Both the position numbers and the translations under genes were made by a program. Under the pieces are notes generated by a model. That model did not search any database, was not told the origin of the DNA, and was given only the letters and a program-made list of their open reading frames with translations. 64,000 bases of DNA from Paraspadella gotoi (lineage: Eukaryota > Animalia > Chaetognatha). Positions within the stretch are counted from its first letter, which is position 1, and each line of letters starts with the position of its first letter. Below, piece after piece: positions 49,001-60,032 of the stretch. The stretch lies in contig CM119263.1 of assembly GCA_051294375.1 (NCBI GenBank), forward strand, positions 2,488,182 to 2,552,181, written 5' to 3'.

Positions 49001-52000
49001 GATGATTTCATCTAAACTTTTCCAATTTCAAGTCAATAGCCCCATACAATGAGGAATTGGCGTTTATACAGACTGACGGACGGACAGATGGAAATCAATT
49101 TTTTTGCATAATTGATTCGATAATAAAATCGTTGCAACAAAAACAACGATAATTAAGTGGTAATCAGCTAATCCGATGATATATAACGATAATTATTTCT
49201 GACTTTCAATTTATGATCTTACCAGACTTTTACAAATCATAACATAACAAACTATAACAGACTTCTTAATAAATCTATGAAAAAATCTCTAAATCAATTG
49301 ATCTCTCAATGATCCAGTAGCTGCGCCAATGACCAACTTGCATAATTTAGTCAACTTGCATAATTTATTCAACAGGCATAACTTGGTCAGCGGGCATAAT
49401 TTGGTGAACTTTCATAATTTGGTCAACTGGAATAATTTTTTCATATATTTTTCATAATTTTGCTAATAAACCATAAAGATTTCTCAATAAACTATAAAAA
49501 AATATATTATGGAGAATTAAAATCCACCAACCGTTCATCAGCGGCCATTGGTGCCGGAGGCAAGTCATTCGCCTCCCAACCCAAAGGTCCGGGGTTCTAG
49601 CCCGGTGGTCGCCTAGCAGTTAAGAGAGACGGGGCGCTTAACCCGCCTGTAACTCGGTGTTACAGCCTGATCCGAAGCTCAGGGACTGCTTATATTGAAC
49701 GGTTCTGTCACTAACACAACAATTATCACTGTCTCTTCAATATCAATAAATCAGTCCATCAACCTAAGAATTAGCTAATTAATGATTTTATTTGTAAGAG
49801 AGAGAAACTTAAAAAAAATTCAAATTTATGTGACTTTTGCTTTTTCCATTAAAACTCTTTTTTAACGATTCCATCGAAACATTAAAGCTAGCTTAATCAC
49901 AAACTTCTACCCACACAAAAAATTTTATTCCAATCCAACNNNNNNNNNNGAATCTGCTGATAAGCAGATCCGACTAAAAATTGGAGGGTAGAAAACGTAC
50001 CTGACCCCACAAAAGAACACCCAAGCCAAAGAAAACGCACCATAGCCAAATATCAGCAGTTAAAGAGTGTGTACTAAAGGCTCGTCCCCCAAATTCGATT
50101 ATGACAACCTTAAAAATAGTTTTTTTAAATAATTAAGTCATTATAATCATGAATTAATATTCGTACTCACTGTTTCTTCCAATTAACAATTGACAGATAT
50201 TTTCAAATTAGATAAACAAAATTCATATATTATATTTTTCTTTCTTATTTGCTTTTCTAGATGTGGATCAAGATACGTTCAATTTATGTAAATGAACTTT
50301 TTCCATGCTTTTTTCCTATAAAAAGCGATAACTGACCAAATTCAAATTTTAATGGGAACAGTATTAAACTAATCCATTATTGGTGATAATTATTGTGTTA
50401 AAATATTTTTTTGCAAAAATGTTCCGAACCAAGAGTAATTCGCTAATTAAAATTAAAATATATTATATAATGTTAAAATTTTTTTTATATATTAAGTTGT
50501 TTTAATTGATTCTGATAGAGCTCAAAAAGTTCAGCAAAAATTGTAAATACAACTTTTTAAAATTTTGATGTTTTACTACTGAAAATTAGTAGCGGAAAGA
50601 AACCGAAATTTTTGTTTTTACAACGATTTGTTTTTTTAATTAGGACAAGTTTTCATCAGCAATTATCAGTTTCAAAGTCGAAACATGTCCTAAATAAAAA
50701 ACAAATCGTTGTAGAAATAAAAAAATCGTTTTCTTTCCGCTAATAAATTCACACGGAACGAAAGGAAAATTAGTAAAAACTGCTAGTGCTAAAATTATCG
50801 GATGATGATGATGATGATTTTTCAAGGTTTTTCCTAATTTTAACCGCGTTATCATCAAAATATTGAAAAGAGAAATATACTTTGTGTAGACAATTTTTAA
50901 TAAGCTATCTGAATCTGCTTTTAAAAATACAAAATTTAAAAAAACAAATTTTAACATTTTTTATCTATAAATAAATATTAAAAAATTAATTACTAGTGCT
51001 TTTAGCCATTATAGAAAATTTTGGTCCATTGAAAGTTTTCTCAGAAATGTATGTTTCATTTGGGAACTTCTGACCCACCCAATTGACACTATCGAATTGT
51101 ACCTGCGAAAAAAGCGTTCCAAACCAAATGGTGTAAAAAATAGGATTTACAAAAACTCCTTGAAACACATTCCTTTGTCCGTGAATTTTTCTGGAATAAA
51201 TTTTAAGAAATTTAATTTTTATTGAGTCAAATCTTTTTAGAGAAATAAAGGATTTCAAATGACTAACATGTTACCTTGCATTTATTTCATTAAATAAAGT
51301 CATCATAACAAAAACGTTGAAAACAATAGTAAAATGAACTGAGGGTGGTGAACCTATTCTTGCTCCGATACCGCTGTCAATATCGAATATTGGAGAACCT
51401 GTAACAAAGTATTTCATTGCTGTAAGAAGTTACTTGAAAAAAATGTTAAAAGCAATTGTTGCGATTATAAGGAAGGAACTTTTGATGCAACCAGGAATGA
51501 GAATGAAAATTTTTTTCCGCTGATAACTAAGCGCTAAATACTAAATTTGAATAGGTACTTACCAAAATATAATATCACGAAAATAACCAGAAGCTGGTAG
51601 ACTGCATGTCCCAGAATATTTTTTAACATTGTTCTGGAAATTAAAGGTTTTGTTCTTCCATATGGTTTACGATCCAAAAGAGAATCATCTGGGTATTCCG
51701 TTGCAAGAGCTAATGATGCTAATGTATCCATTATTAGATTAACCCACAACATTTGTACTGCCCGCAAAGGCGAATCCTAAATATGAATCAGATATTTAAA
51801 AAAATAGTCAAAATGTAGTGAAAGTACAAATAAAACAATTAAATATGTTTACAAAATGCAAAAAGATTAAGAAATTGACTCCATTTTTTGAGAAAACCTT
51901 TTTAATTATGTAAATGAAATATATACCTTGATAGAAGCCGCTCCAATAAAAGCAACAATAACAGCAACAACATTCACAGTAAGTTGGAATTGCAAAAACT

Positions 52001-55000
52001 TAGCGACTGAATCATAAACATTTCTTCCCCATTTCACTGCCTGAAAAGCAATAAAGTAAGAAATAGTTTCAAAAAACTGTGGTGTTAAAAAATCATATCT
52101 ATAATTTTACTTTTGTAAGTGCATTAAGGTGGGCCAGACTGATATTTTTTACAATATGAAACGGTCTGCAATAAAAATCTTTTGTAGGAATATAAAGATT
52201 GTAATTTAAAAATAATAATTCGTTATTTTTATATGAGAAAATATGTTTTATAAATAAATTAAATGATTGTATTAATATAAAATTTTTTATTAAAAAAAAA
52301 TATGGCAATTGGAAAGATCGACGACGACTAAGAACTAAGTTGTCGTATTGAAAGGTTTTCGTAACAAAATCGTCGAAATGCCGAGAGCTTATTCTTACCT
52401 TGACTATCGATGAAAAATTATCATCTGTAAGAATAATGTCTGAAGCTTCTTTTGCAACGTCCGTCCCAGCAATACCCTACAAAGATTAAAATAAACAAAG
52501 AGGTGATAAATAATATATAAACGCATGATACGATTGATACAAACCATCGCAAATCCAACGTCGGCTTTTTTCAAAGCCGGTCCGTCATTAGTCCCGTCTC
52601 CCGTGACGGCAACGACTTCACGCATGGGAGTTATGCGGGAATTTATTATTCCTAAAAGTCAGACGAAGCAACGTTGTTAATATTTTATAGTTTATAAAAT
52701 ATATCTACGTGAATTACCTTTTACTAGAGTGTATTTGTCTTGAGGGGAAGAACGCGCAAGTACTCGCAAACGAGGCCAGATTTCATCGAGTTTAGCTGTG
52801 ACGCAAGACAAAACACTCAATTTTAATGCATTTTATAAACATGTACTAAAATTATGAAGTAACTAGAATTATTACCTTGTTCTACTTCATCTCTGTGATT
52901 TTTAATTAATCTATTAAATTCTTTTCCTTCCATGACGAGAAATTCAGAATTTGGGCTGAGAATACCACATTTTGTTGCAATCGACCGCGCAGTATTTATA
53001 TTATCACCGGTGACCATACGTACTACGATTCCAGCATGCTGGCACAATTCAATTGCTTTTGGAACCTGCAAAAAGTGGAAAATGACAGATTCAAAGTATA
53101 ATGTTGGATAAAATCAGATTTTTATGAAAATTTGCAAATTACTTGTTTCACTATTTTCTATTTTTCTATTTTAATATTTTAATTTTTTTAAAAAGGATTT
53201 AGTATTTAATCTATGAGTTGAGTTAAAAAGTTTAAGTTAAAATGAGAAGTAGGCTACTCACTACACAAGCTAGCAAACACAGACCTCTGGTCGCACTGGG
53301 TCCTCTATACCAGCAATCGCTATGAGGGTCATATCTTTGAAGATTGAGTCTTCATCATTCCAATCTGGTTCCTTAGCGACATGAACCTCATTTGACGCAT
53401 GATCGCCTAATTCAAATAATAAGTATAAAAAAATGGTCTCGGCAAATGTTTTTTTACAAAATCAAGAATTATACCAAAAACAAAATCTTTGTAAGCGATT
53501 CCGATAGTTCGCAGTCCATCCATAGCCATAGGTTCAATCACAGAAGTTACGAGCTTGGATGCGTCAGACGATGAAAATGGTTGAGGTTTTCCATCAATAT
53601 CCATCATAAATGCACATTTTTTTGTAATAACTGAAGATTAAAAAGTAAAATTTAATTATTGCATTATGTCCGCATTATGCAAGCTACACTTATGTCAATA
53701 ATATCAGCAACGCCATAAAAAGAATTTTCTTTATCCATCATAAAAATGTAAGAAAGGTCAAACCTTCCGAAGCCCCTTTCGTATAAACGCGAAAGCCATC
53801 TCCCCCTGGCCGAGCGATGACGGTGCTCATTGATTTTCGCGCCGAATTGAAGGTGAAAACTTTAATGAATTTGTCTTCAGTTGTTGCATCACGATATGAC
53901 TAAAAAAATGTAGTTATTAAAATTAAAATTTTATACTTTATAAAATTTGATTAATAAGGAAGCGATTCTGGCTACAAAACAAATACGACATCATTTTGTT
54001 TATTTATTTGTTTATTTAAAAAGTAGCGCTAGAATTATGTAAGAGCAATTGTATTAAATTCTCGTCTCGGCCCATATTTTTGGCATATATAATATATAAA
54101 TATTATATATACATATATTTTTTTTCAAAATTACCTGATAATCCCTGCCTAAAACTAACTGAACAAATCCAAGAAGCGCACATTCAGTTTTATTTCCCAG
54201 CTGAACCGGAAGAGCGCTCGGATCTTCTTTGTTAATTTGAATTTGAGTAGCGTAGGAACTAAGGATACAAAATAAGACAAAAAAAAATATATAAAATTGT
54301 CAAATAATGCGAGGACAAAATGTTTTTCTGACATCATAATTCAACAGAAAATCAACTGCTCAAAAATTTACCTGTTAATGCAAATGGATTGACAAATTAA
54401 ATCCCCAAAATCAACAGAAAATAAAGAATAACGCGGAGGATCTTCATTGTGTATAAATCGTTTTCCTGATGAAATAATGTTTATTTCAAGAAATGTTTAC
54501 AAATTCTCCTAAAATCTAACCAGTAAAAATAATACTCTTATACTATTCAAAGAAAAGAGAGTTTCTGGCCCAAAGAAAAAATCAGCCAAGTATTTCATAA
54601 AGGATTTAAAAGGAGGATTAGGTTTAAAGTTTAAAGATAACCAATTAACCATACCAGCGAAAAAACTAAGAGAAAACTGAAACATACCCCCGATGTAGCT
54701 TTGAACGCAGGTCATTCTGTTAGTTGTCAGCGTTCCTGTTTTATCTGAGCATATTGCTGTGGCATTTCCCATGGTTTCACAAGCGTCTAAATGGCGAACT
54801 AGGTTATTATCCTTCATCATTTTCTGAAAGCAGAAACGTTTATATACTGATATAAAATTGGGTCTTTTCAGCGTTACGTATTTTTTAATTCTCCATCTTT
54901 ACATTAATTTTTTCACCTCCCAACTTTAAAGTAAAGAAATCGAACGAAAAAAAATAATAAATTTTTGATTTTGCGTTGGTTTTCTATAAATTACTTAAAT

Positions 55001-58000
55001 TATAAATTACTTACTCTAACTGAGTATGCGAGTGAAAGAGTAACAGCAAGCGGAAGCCCCTCCGGGACCGCGACAACAAGAACAGTCACACCGATAATGA
55101 AATGTTGCATGTAGTAACGAAGGTAGGAAAGATTGAATTTATTCCCATTAATAGCGAATTCTTCGATTGAAAAACGAAGCATCAATATAATTACAGTAAG
55201 AATAGCAATAGCCGAACCTGAAAGTATTAAAACAATATTATCGTAACGATTTAAATAAATATTCATTTACAAAAAGTTATATCAACGAACAACATTCCCT
55301 TTAATCGCTGTAATGAGAATCATTTTATTACTTCTAACGAATACTATTTTTCATTTACTATTATTTTTCCACTCATTTAACTCTTTTATACTCACCGCCG
55401 TATCCAATTTGTATCGCAAGTTTGGTTAACTTTCCCTGCAAGACACTTTTTTCCATTTTTGGTCGATCTTCTTCTTCTCTTGCAGGAGGCGCTTCTTCGC
55501 CGTCCATTTCCCCATTTTGCGGCAATGGTTTTTCCGTTCGTACCTCTTTTAATGCAACGTCATTTGCCGCAACATAATTACCGCCTGAAGGTAAATCCAA
55601 CTTCAGTTTGTTTTAACGCTTGAATTTTAAATGCCATTTCAATCATTATGACAAACTATGGCAAATACATCATGGTTTAGAACATTAAATTATTAATTCA
55701 AACCTGTATCATGAATGTGCGAATTGTGCTCTGGAGAAGCTGCCTTGTTAGCATCCTTTTCATTTTCTAAATAAAGAGAAGGAATGGTGACAGTAAATAT
55801 TGAATTACTAAAAAACTTTATATCACTCCGTACACTCATATCCTGTTACAAGGTGCAGCGGTTAATAATAATATCAGAGCATAAAATCTCACCGGCAGAA
55901 ATTTTCATATAACAATTTCAATCATAGAAATATTGGCATATTTGCAAGGAATAAATGCAAAAGCGATTTATATATCTGATAAAAATTAACTAAGCTAAAT
56001 TTAAAAGTTATAACGAGCTTGGAGTAGAGAAAATTAAACCCACTTTCTTTCCCCGACAGTCAAATCTATCAAAATACTTCATATTTACATTTAACAGTGC
56101 ACAACAGTGACCAATAATAAGTTTTTTATAGCCATTTAACCCGATGGATCATTCAAAAATACTCAATTTTTTAACTCGCCCGAAAGATAAAAAATATATA
56201 TACCAAACTTAAGCCAAGTCTTTTAGATTTTAGATAATATGTTGTGTATTAAATGTATTAAATGTTAAAAGAGAAAACTTGTTGATTGTCAAAACGCTGA
56301 TGAAGACTAACTGCAGAGTCGAAACAGGTCCGACTAAATTGTCCAAATATAATTCGTTGTTAAACAATTCAAAAATTGCTTTTCTCTAAATAGATAATAT
56401 GTTAGACAGTTGACGAGTTGCCTTACTATTTTTATGCATTTTCAAAAAATTATTAGCCTGAAAAGTAAATAGTAAACTTACTAACATCCGTGTCTCTCAA
56501 TAAAAATAAGTAATGCAAAAGTAAAACATAAAAAAGCAGAAAGTGAAGAAAAGTAAAACATCAAAGGAAAAGATGAAGAGAAAAAAAAATGAAAAACAGA
56601 GAATTCAAATAAATGTAATAATTTGAATAGTGAAATTAATAATAAAACGTTGAAGGTGAAAAGATAATAGAAGAAAATTGAAGAGAAATATCTGAAAAAA
56701 TACAGTACGTTTACAAATACATCACCGAATGAATAATCTAATCATAGTTTTGTTTTATTTATTTGAAATGTTTTTTGAAATTGTATGAAAAGGCAAGCCG
56801 ACAATTGTCGTAAGTCATTTTTTTTTCAAACGGATTTAGACCACAAGTAGATTGTTAAAGAATCTTCAAAAAAGAATCGAAATAAAAATAAAATAACGGT
56901 TGAAATCTATTTTGAATTTCTCATGATCATGCAATATATCTTTAACTTCTCACCATGTGATTTTTTTTTTGTGGGTGCGAAGAATTTATGAGGTGTTCTA
57001 CGGCTACTCATCTTCAAGTCAATAGATGAACAAATACAATCTTACCCTTGGAAGAGTAGCTTTCTAACACTGTCATACAACACAAAAAAAAATTAAATTA
57101 CATCAACAACGATGCTTGACAAGTTGAAATTAAAAAAAAAAAAGGAGCAAGGGGCCAACAAGGAGTCAACAATACCGAGAGTGTGCGCGATGTTTCAATG
57201 CAAAGTAACTTTTAACTTACGAGTCTCCTCGTTTCCTTGATCCTTCATCTTCTTCTTTTTCTTCTTTTTCGATTTTTCTGATTCTCCCTCGTCGTCGGGA
57301 TCGGGGACCGCCCCTCCCTCGGCGGCGCCAAGCAAAGCGAAAATGATTCCCGTTTGCGAGTGAATCTGTTACGAGAAACCAGAGCAACGCTGAGAATCCT
57401 CACATTTTTTTCAATTTATTAAGGGCTTGACAAAGTGATTATAGCTTAATTGAGGCAGTCGTTAATACAAATCCTTTGGTTTGAGATTTAAGCGCCGATT
57501 ACCTTCAGCATTATGGTTTTCTTATTACTGGCCTGATCGACCCTAACCCAATAAATATTGTGCTTTAAGATTGTACGATAAGACAACTGACAATATTTAA
57601 TCAAAGATGATGAAGTGATCGTTGCAATACAATAGGAGCAACTTCTAAGCAACTTACCCCAACAGCAACAACAAGCATTTTCCCGGATCCCTCCATAACG
57701 TGAGTTCCCGAGAGTAACAAAGGATCAACATTCTCCCCCTTTTTGACGTGGTCAGATTCCCCGGTCAGGGAACTTTCGTCCACTTTCAAGTCATTGCTTT
57801 GAATAATAAGGCCATCAGCTGGTAACAAATCACCTAAAAAAGAAAATAATAATAAGCAGGGACCTGCTATGTCATTATCTTGTGAGAGTGATGGAGGCCA
57901 TAAACCACCAAAGCCTGTCCAAAGTCAGGGGCAAGATACCTCATTTATTAAATAATAAAGAAAAGATTAATAAAAATTAAAAATTATTGATTATTCGGAA

Positions 58001-60032
58001 GCTGAAGTAGGAAACGTAAATATTCTGCAAGGGTTCAGAATAAATCGATCCTTATTTAATTTAACCTATTATGGTGGACTAAAATCCACCAACCGTTCAT
58101 CAGCGGCCATTGGTGCCAGAGGCAAGTCATTCGCCTCCCAACCCAAAAGGTCCGGGGTTCTAGCCCGGTGGTTGTCTGGCAGTTAAGAGGGACGGGGCGC
58201 TTAACCCGCCTGTAACATTGTGTTACAGCATGATCCGAAGCTCAGGGACTGCTTATATTGAACGGTTCTGTCACTAACATATAATAATAATCACTGTCTC
58301 TTCATTGGTGAGCCCGACTTCCGAACACAACAGCAACAACAACACTTTCAGGCGACATGCCTCAACCTGGCGATGCACTTTCCGCCCACAACACATCAGG
58401 CGACATGCCTCAACTTGGTGACCAAATTTCCACCAACAACAACAATTCACTGAAGAGACGCAACAGACTTCTTCCTACGGGAGGGGGGGATGTATGGTGG
58501 ACTAAAATCCACCAACCGTTCATCAGCAGCCATGGTGTTACAGCCTGATCCGAAGCTCAGGGACTGCTTATATTGTTATATTATTATATTATTATTATAT
58601 TTTTAATCACTGTCTCTTCACTATTTTCATAAGTTATGAAGAAACTAAAAAAGTCTACGTACATGTTACAATCCTTACATTTTTAGTGTTTGGTTATTTT
58701 AACTAAGACTCTTTAATTTAAATTCTTTTTCCTTTTTACTTAGTTCCTAATTCTTGTTTGTTTTAAAGTTTTTTCTTTCTTCAGATTCACACACACACAC
58801 AAAAAAAAAAATTTACGAGAAATGCGTAAGTTGATGAAGTTTAGATTTTACCATATAGTCAACTGAGAATGTATTAAAAGCAGTAAAAAGGCACTCACCG
58901 TACTTGACTTGGGCTATATCACCGACGACGAGATCCGCGACGGGGATTTCCTTCGCTTCCCCGTTCCGAATGACGGTGAACTTATGTTCGCCCTCGATCT
59001 TGCTCTGAAGACCTCGAAACTGGCGCTCCTTGGCCCAGTCGTTTCCCGCTGTCACGATGACGACGACGATGACCGATATTAAAATCGCCACGCCCTCGAT
59101 CCAACTCGCGCTCGATTCTGATTCGTCGGTTCCCGCTGAATCGATCAATGAAAAAAAAGCTTGGAATCGTGCGCCGAGATAACGAGTATTTTCAAAACAA
59201 TCGGAAAGTCATGAAAGCTAAGGAGGGAGGACAGGAGGGGAAAGGAGGACACTTAATGAGAATTTTACTACAAATTATAATTTTTTAAGTTATCTTTTCG
59301 CGGCAGAGATGACGAAGCCAAAACAAGCTTCACTATCAAATTTCCTCAAACGCCAATTATCAAGAAAAATAATATTTTATTTCGTATTGGCTCATGTCTC
59401 GACCACGAAGATATTGAAATTCTCGTCAGTAAAAGAAATAAAAAAAAAAAAATAATAGGTATGATTATAGGGGAATTAAATACCCGTTGTAGCGGTAGTA
59501 TTTCATACGAGTAACGGGGTATAAAATACTACCGCTACAGCATTTATAATTTTAAAAATACTAGACAAATCATGGGGCTTTTTATCCGAGTTTTTTAACA
59601 TTTCCTTTTGTTCACAAGCAATCGACCTTTTCCCCAGCGTAGACTCTTTCCCTTTCTTTCCATCTACTCACTTCCTTCCGGCGGGTGATAAAAAGAGAGG
59701 CCTAAGGAGATAAGTGCAGCAACAATTAATATTATGAGGGTCACGTCTTGAATCGCTTCTAGAACGAGGGAGAGGAAAGACTTTGGAGGTTTAGGTGGGA
59801 TCACGTTGCTACTGAACACTTTTCTCCGATGATCCGCGTCGCGAGGATCGTCGGAAATTCCTCCCGCTGCGGACGTGTGCAGTTTTTGACAGAGTTGATG
59901 GATTCCACCGAATTCGGTCTCGATCTTGGCGAGCGCTTCGTGCCCTTTTAATTGCATCAGTTCTTTCATGTCTTTAGTGGTGCATCCGTACTTCCGATTC
60001 GAGTACGGATTGTCTGAGTTGGAGTCCCCCAT
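36818..60032 (-). CDS. PMCA: Plasma membrane Ca2+-transporting ATPase (PMCA, P2B-type ATPase), modelled with the PDZ-ligand last exon
   Basis: Phase-consistent GT-AG exons: 60032-59672, 59135-58899, 57833-57658, 57365-57221, (57069-57046), 55766-55704, 55584-55396, 55217-55015, 54823-54688, 54465-54372, 54258-54135, 53899-53764, 53630-53475, 53406-53285, 53065-52876, 52795-52718, 52651-52545, 52476-52399, 52040-51927, 51776-51563, 51398-51275, 51190-51103, 50108-50001, 48666-48487 and 37003-36818. Motifs: [23 protein letters not shown] (phospho-Asp), [33 protein letters not shown] and the CaM-binding [18 protein letters not shown]|IRVVNAF. Confidence 0.96.
38215..38547 (-). CDS. PMCA: PMCA alternative last exon ([17 protein letters not shown]...APMITISE*)
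   Basis: Acceptor A11-G|ATACGA, phase 0. IRAVKAF is homologous to IRVVNAF. 110-codon GC-rich frame. Confidence 0.8.
   Translation of the reverse strand: MRAVKAFQSGDVHAPGGTLPSAMSLQSALMAARRSSRGVRPDEARRVFSAMNRPEALLKQDSIVETIENMPMIDDGDVEGGDRGPSGANLNKFRSLHNQNRLAPMITISE
39826..40158 (-). CDS. PMCA: PMCA alternative last exon ([26 protein letters not shown]...VPIEIEA*)
   Basis: gtgcag| acceptor, phase 0. LHVVNTF is homologous to the second half of the CaM-binding domain. GC-rich coding island. Confidence 0.8.
   Translation of the reverse strand: MHVVNTFKMPMNEFEEKRSTHSFQSLAAIARQVEHRKSQAAKESADAQSSGHGAPQSRASSSNLSRTASPTSYNPPQPLASSKAKSVSLSASYTQSMNVPSSAVPIEIEA
41195..41299 (-). CDS. PMCA: Possible PMCA alternative last exon ([34 protein letters not shown])
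   Basis: A long pyrimidine tract ends in tatag|, followed by a phase-0 open frame of 34 codons plus stop. Resemblance to IRVVNAF is weak. Confidence 0.4.
   Translation of the reverse strand, partial: TRLCNYQNRMNQFPSIQSAMSTSNTMQDLSDRDH
41828..42110 (+). repeat. Repeat with ~14-nt tcaatcca.. tandem units and a (TAACG)n tail; possible non-autonomous Helitron/DINE-like element
   Basis: tcaatccaggatct/tcaatccaagatat/tcaatctaatttg units at 41830-41950, and taacg x4 plus taacc at 42085-42109. Confidence 0.4.
49331..49437 (+). repeat. 18-nt minisatellite
   Basis: About 6 units of (g/t)tcaacttgcataattt(g/a). Confidence 0.75.
49510..49739 (+). mobile_element. tRNA-derived SINE-like repeat, copy 1
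   Basis: tRNA-like head 49541-49612 with GCGGCCA...TGGTCGC acceptor stem, A-box TGGTGCCGGAGG, B-box GGTTCTAGCCC and a CTCCCAA loop. Near-identical copy at 58070-58304. Confidence 0.7.
50334..51087 (+). mobile_element. Foldback/MITE-like dispersed repeat, copy 2, with a nested palindromic insert
   Basis: Homologous to 15920-16468, with an extra central segment containing an inverted repeat at 50591-50741. Confidence 0.65.
55704..55766 (-). CDS. PMCA: PMCA 63-nt symmetric exon in the first cytosolic loop ([21 protein letters not shown])
   Basis: Pyrimidine-rich acceptor tctttatttag| and donor CAG|GTTTG. Phase 1-1 and open. Confidence 0.7.
56231..56403 (+). mobile_element. Short insertion with a minimal hammerhead-ribozyme motif (Penelope-like/retrozyme fragment)
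   Basis: CTGATGA-A-GACT(aactgcag)AGTC-GAAAC-AGGTC at 56297-56330, flanked by the 13-nt direct repeat TAGATAATATGTT (56231-56243 and 56391-56403). Confidence 0.55.
57046..57069 (-). CDS. PMCA: PMCA candidate 24-nt microexon at splice site A (LLESYSSK)
   Basis: gacag|TGTTAGAAAGCTACTCTTCCAAGG|gtaag. Phase 1-1, frame-preserving and stop-free, in the first cytosolic loop. Confidence 0.55.
58070..58304 (+). mobile_element. tRNA-derived SINE-like repeat, copy 2
   Basis: Matches 49510-49739 through to ...atcactgtctcttca. It has a 5' hairpin GGTGGA-ctaaaa-TCCACC. Confidence 0.7.
58493..58620 (+). mobile_element. Internally deleted copy of the same SINE-like repeat
   Basis: Same 5' hairpin and 3' end. 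The tRNA-like middle is deleted between the short 'ggtg' matches. Confidence 0.65.

Noticed and set aside
49541-49612. Functional tRNA-Gly gene
   Set aside because: The anticodon stem pairs poorly, and the sequence is embedded in a longer repeat present three times, so it is better explained as a SINE-like head.
50676-50692. Second hammerhead (gtcGAAACATGTC)
   Set aside because: No upstream CUGANGA box on the same strand; it is part of an inverted-repeat element.
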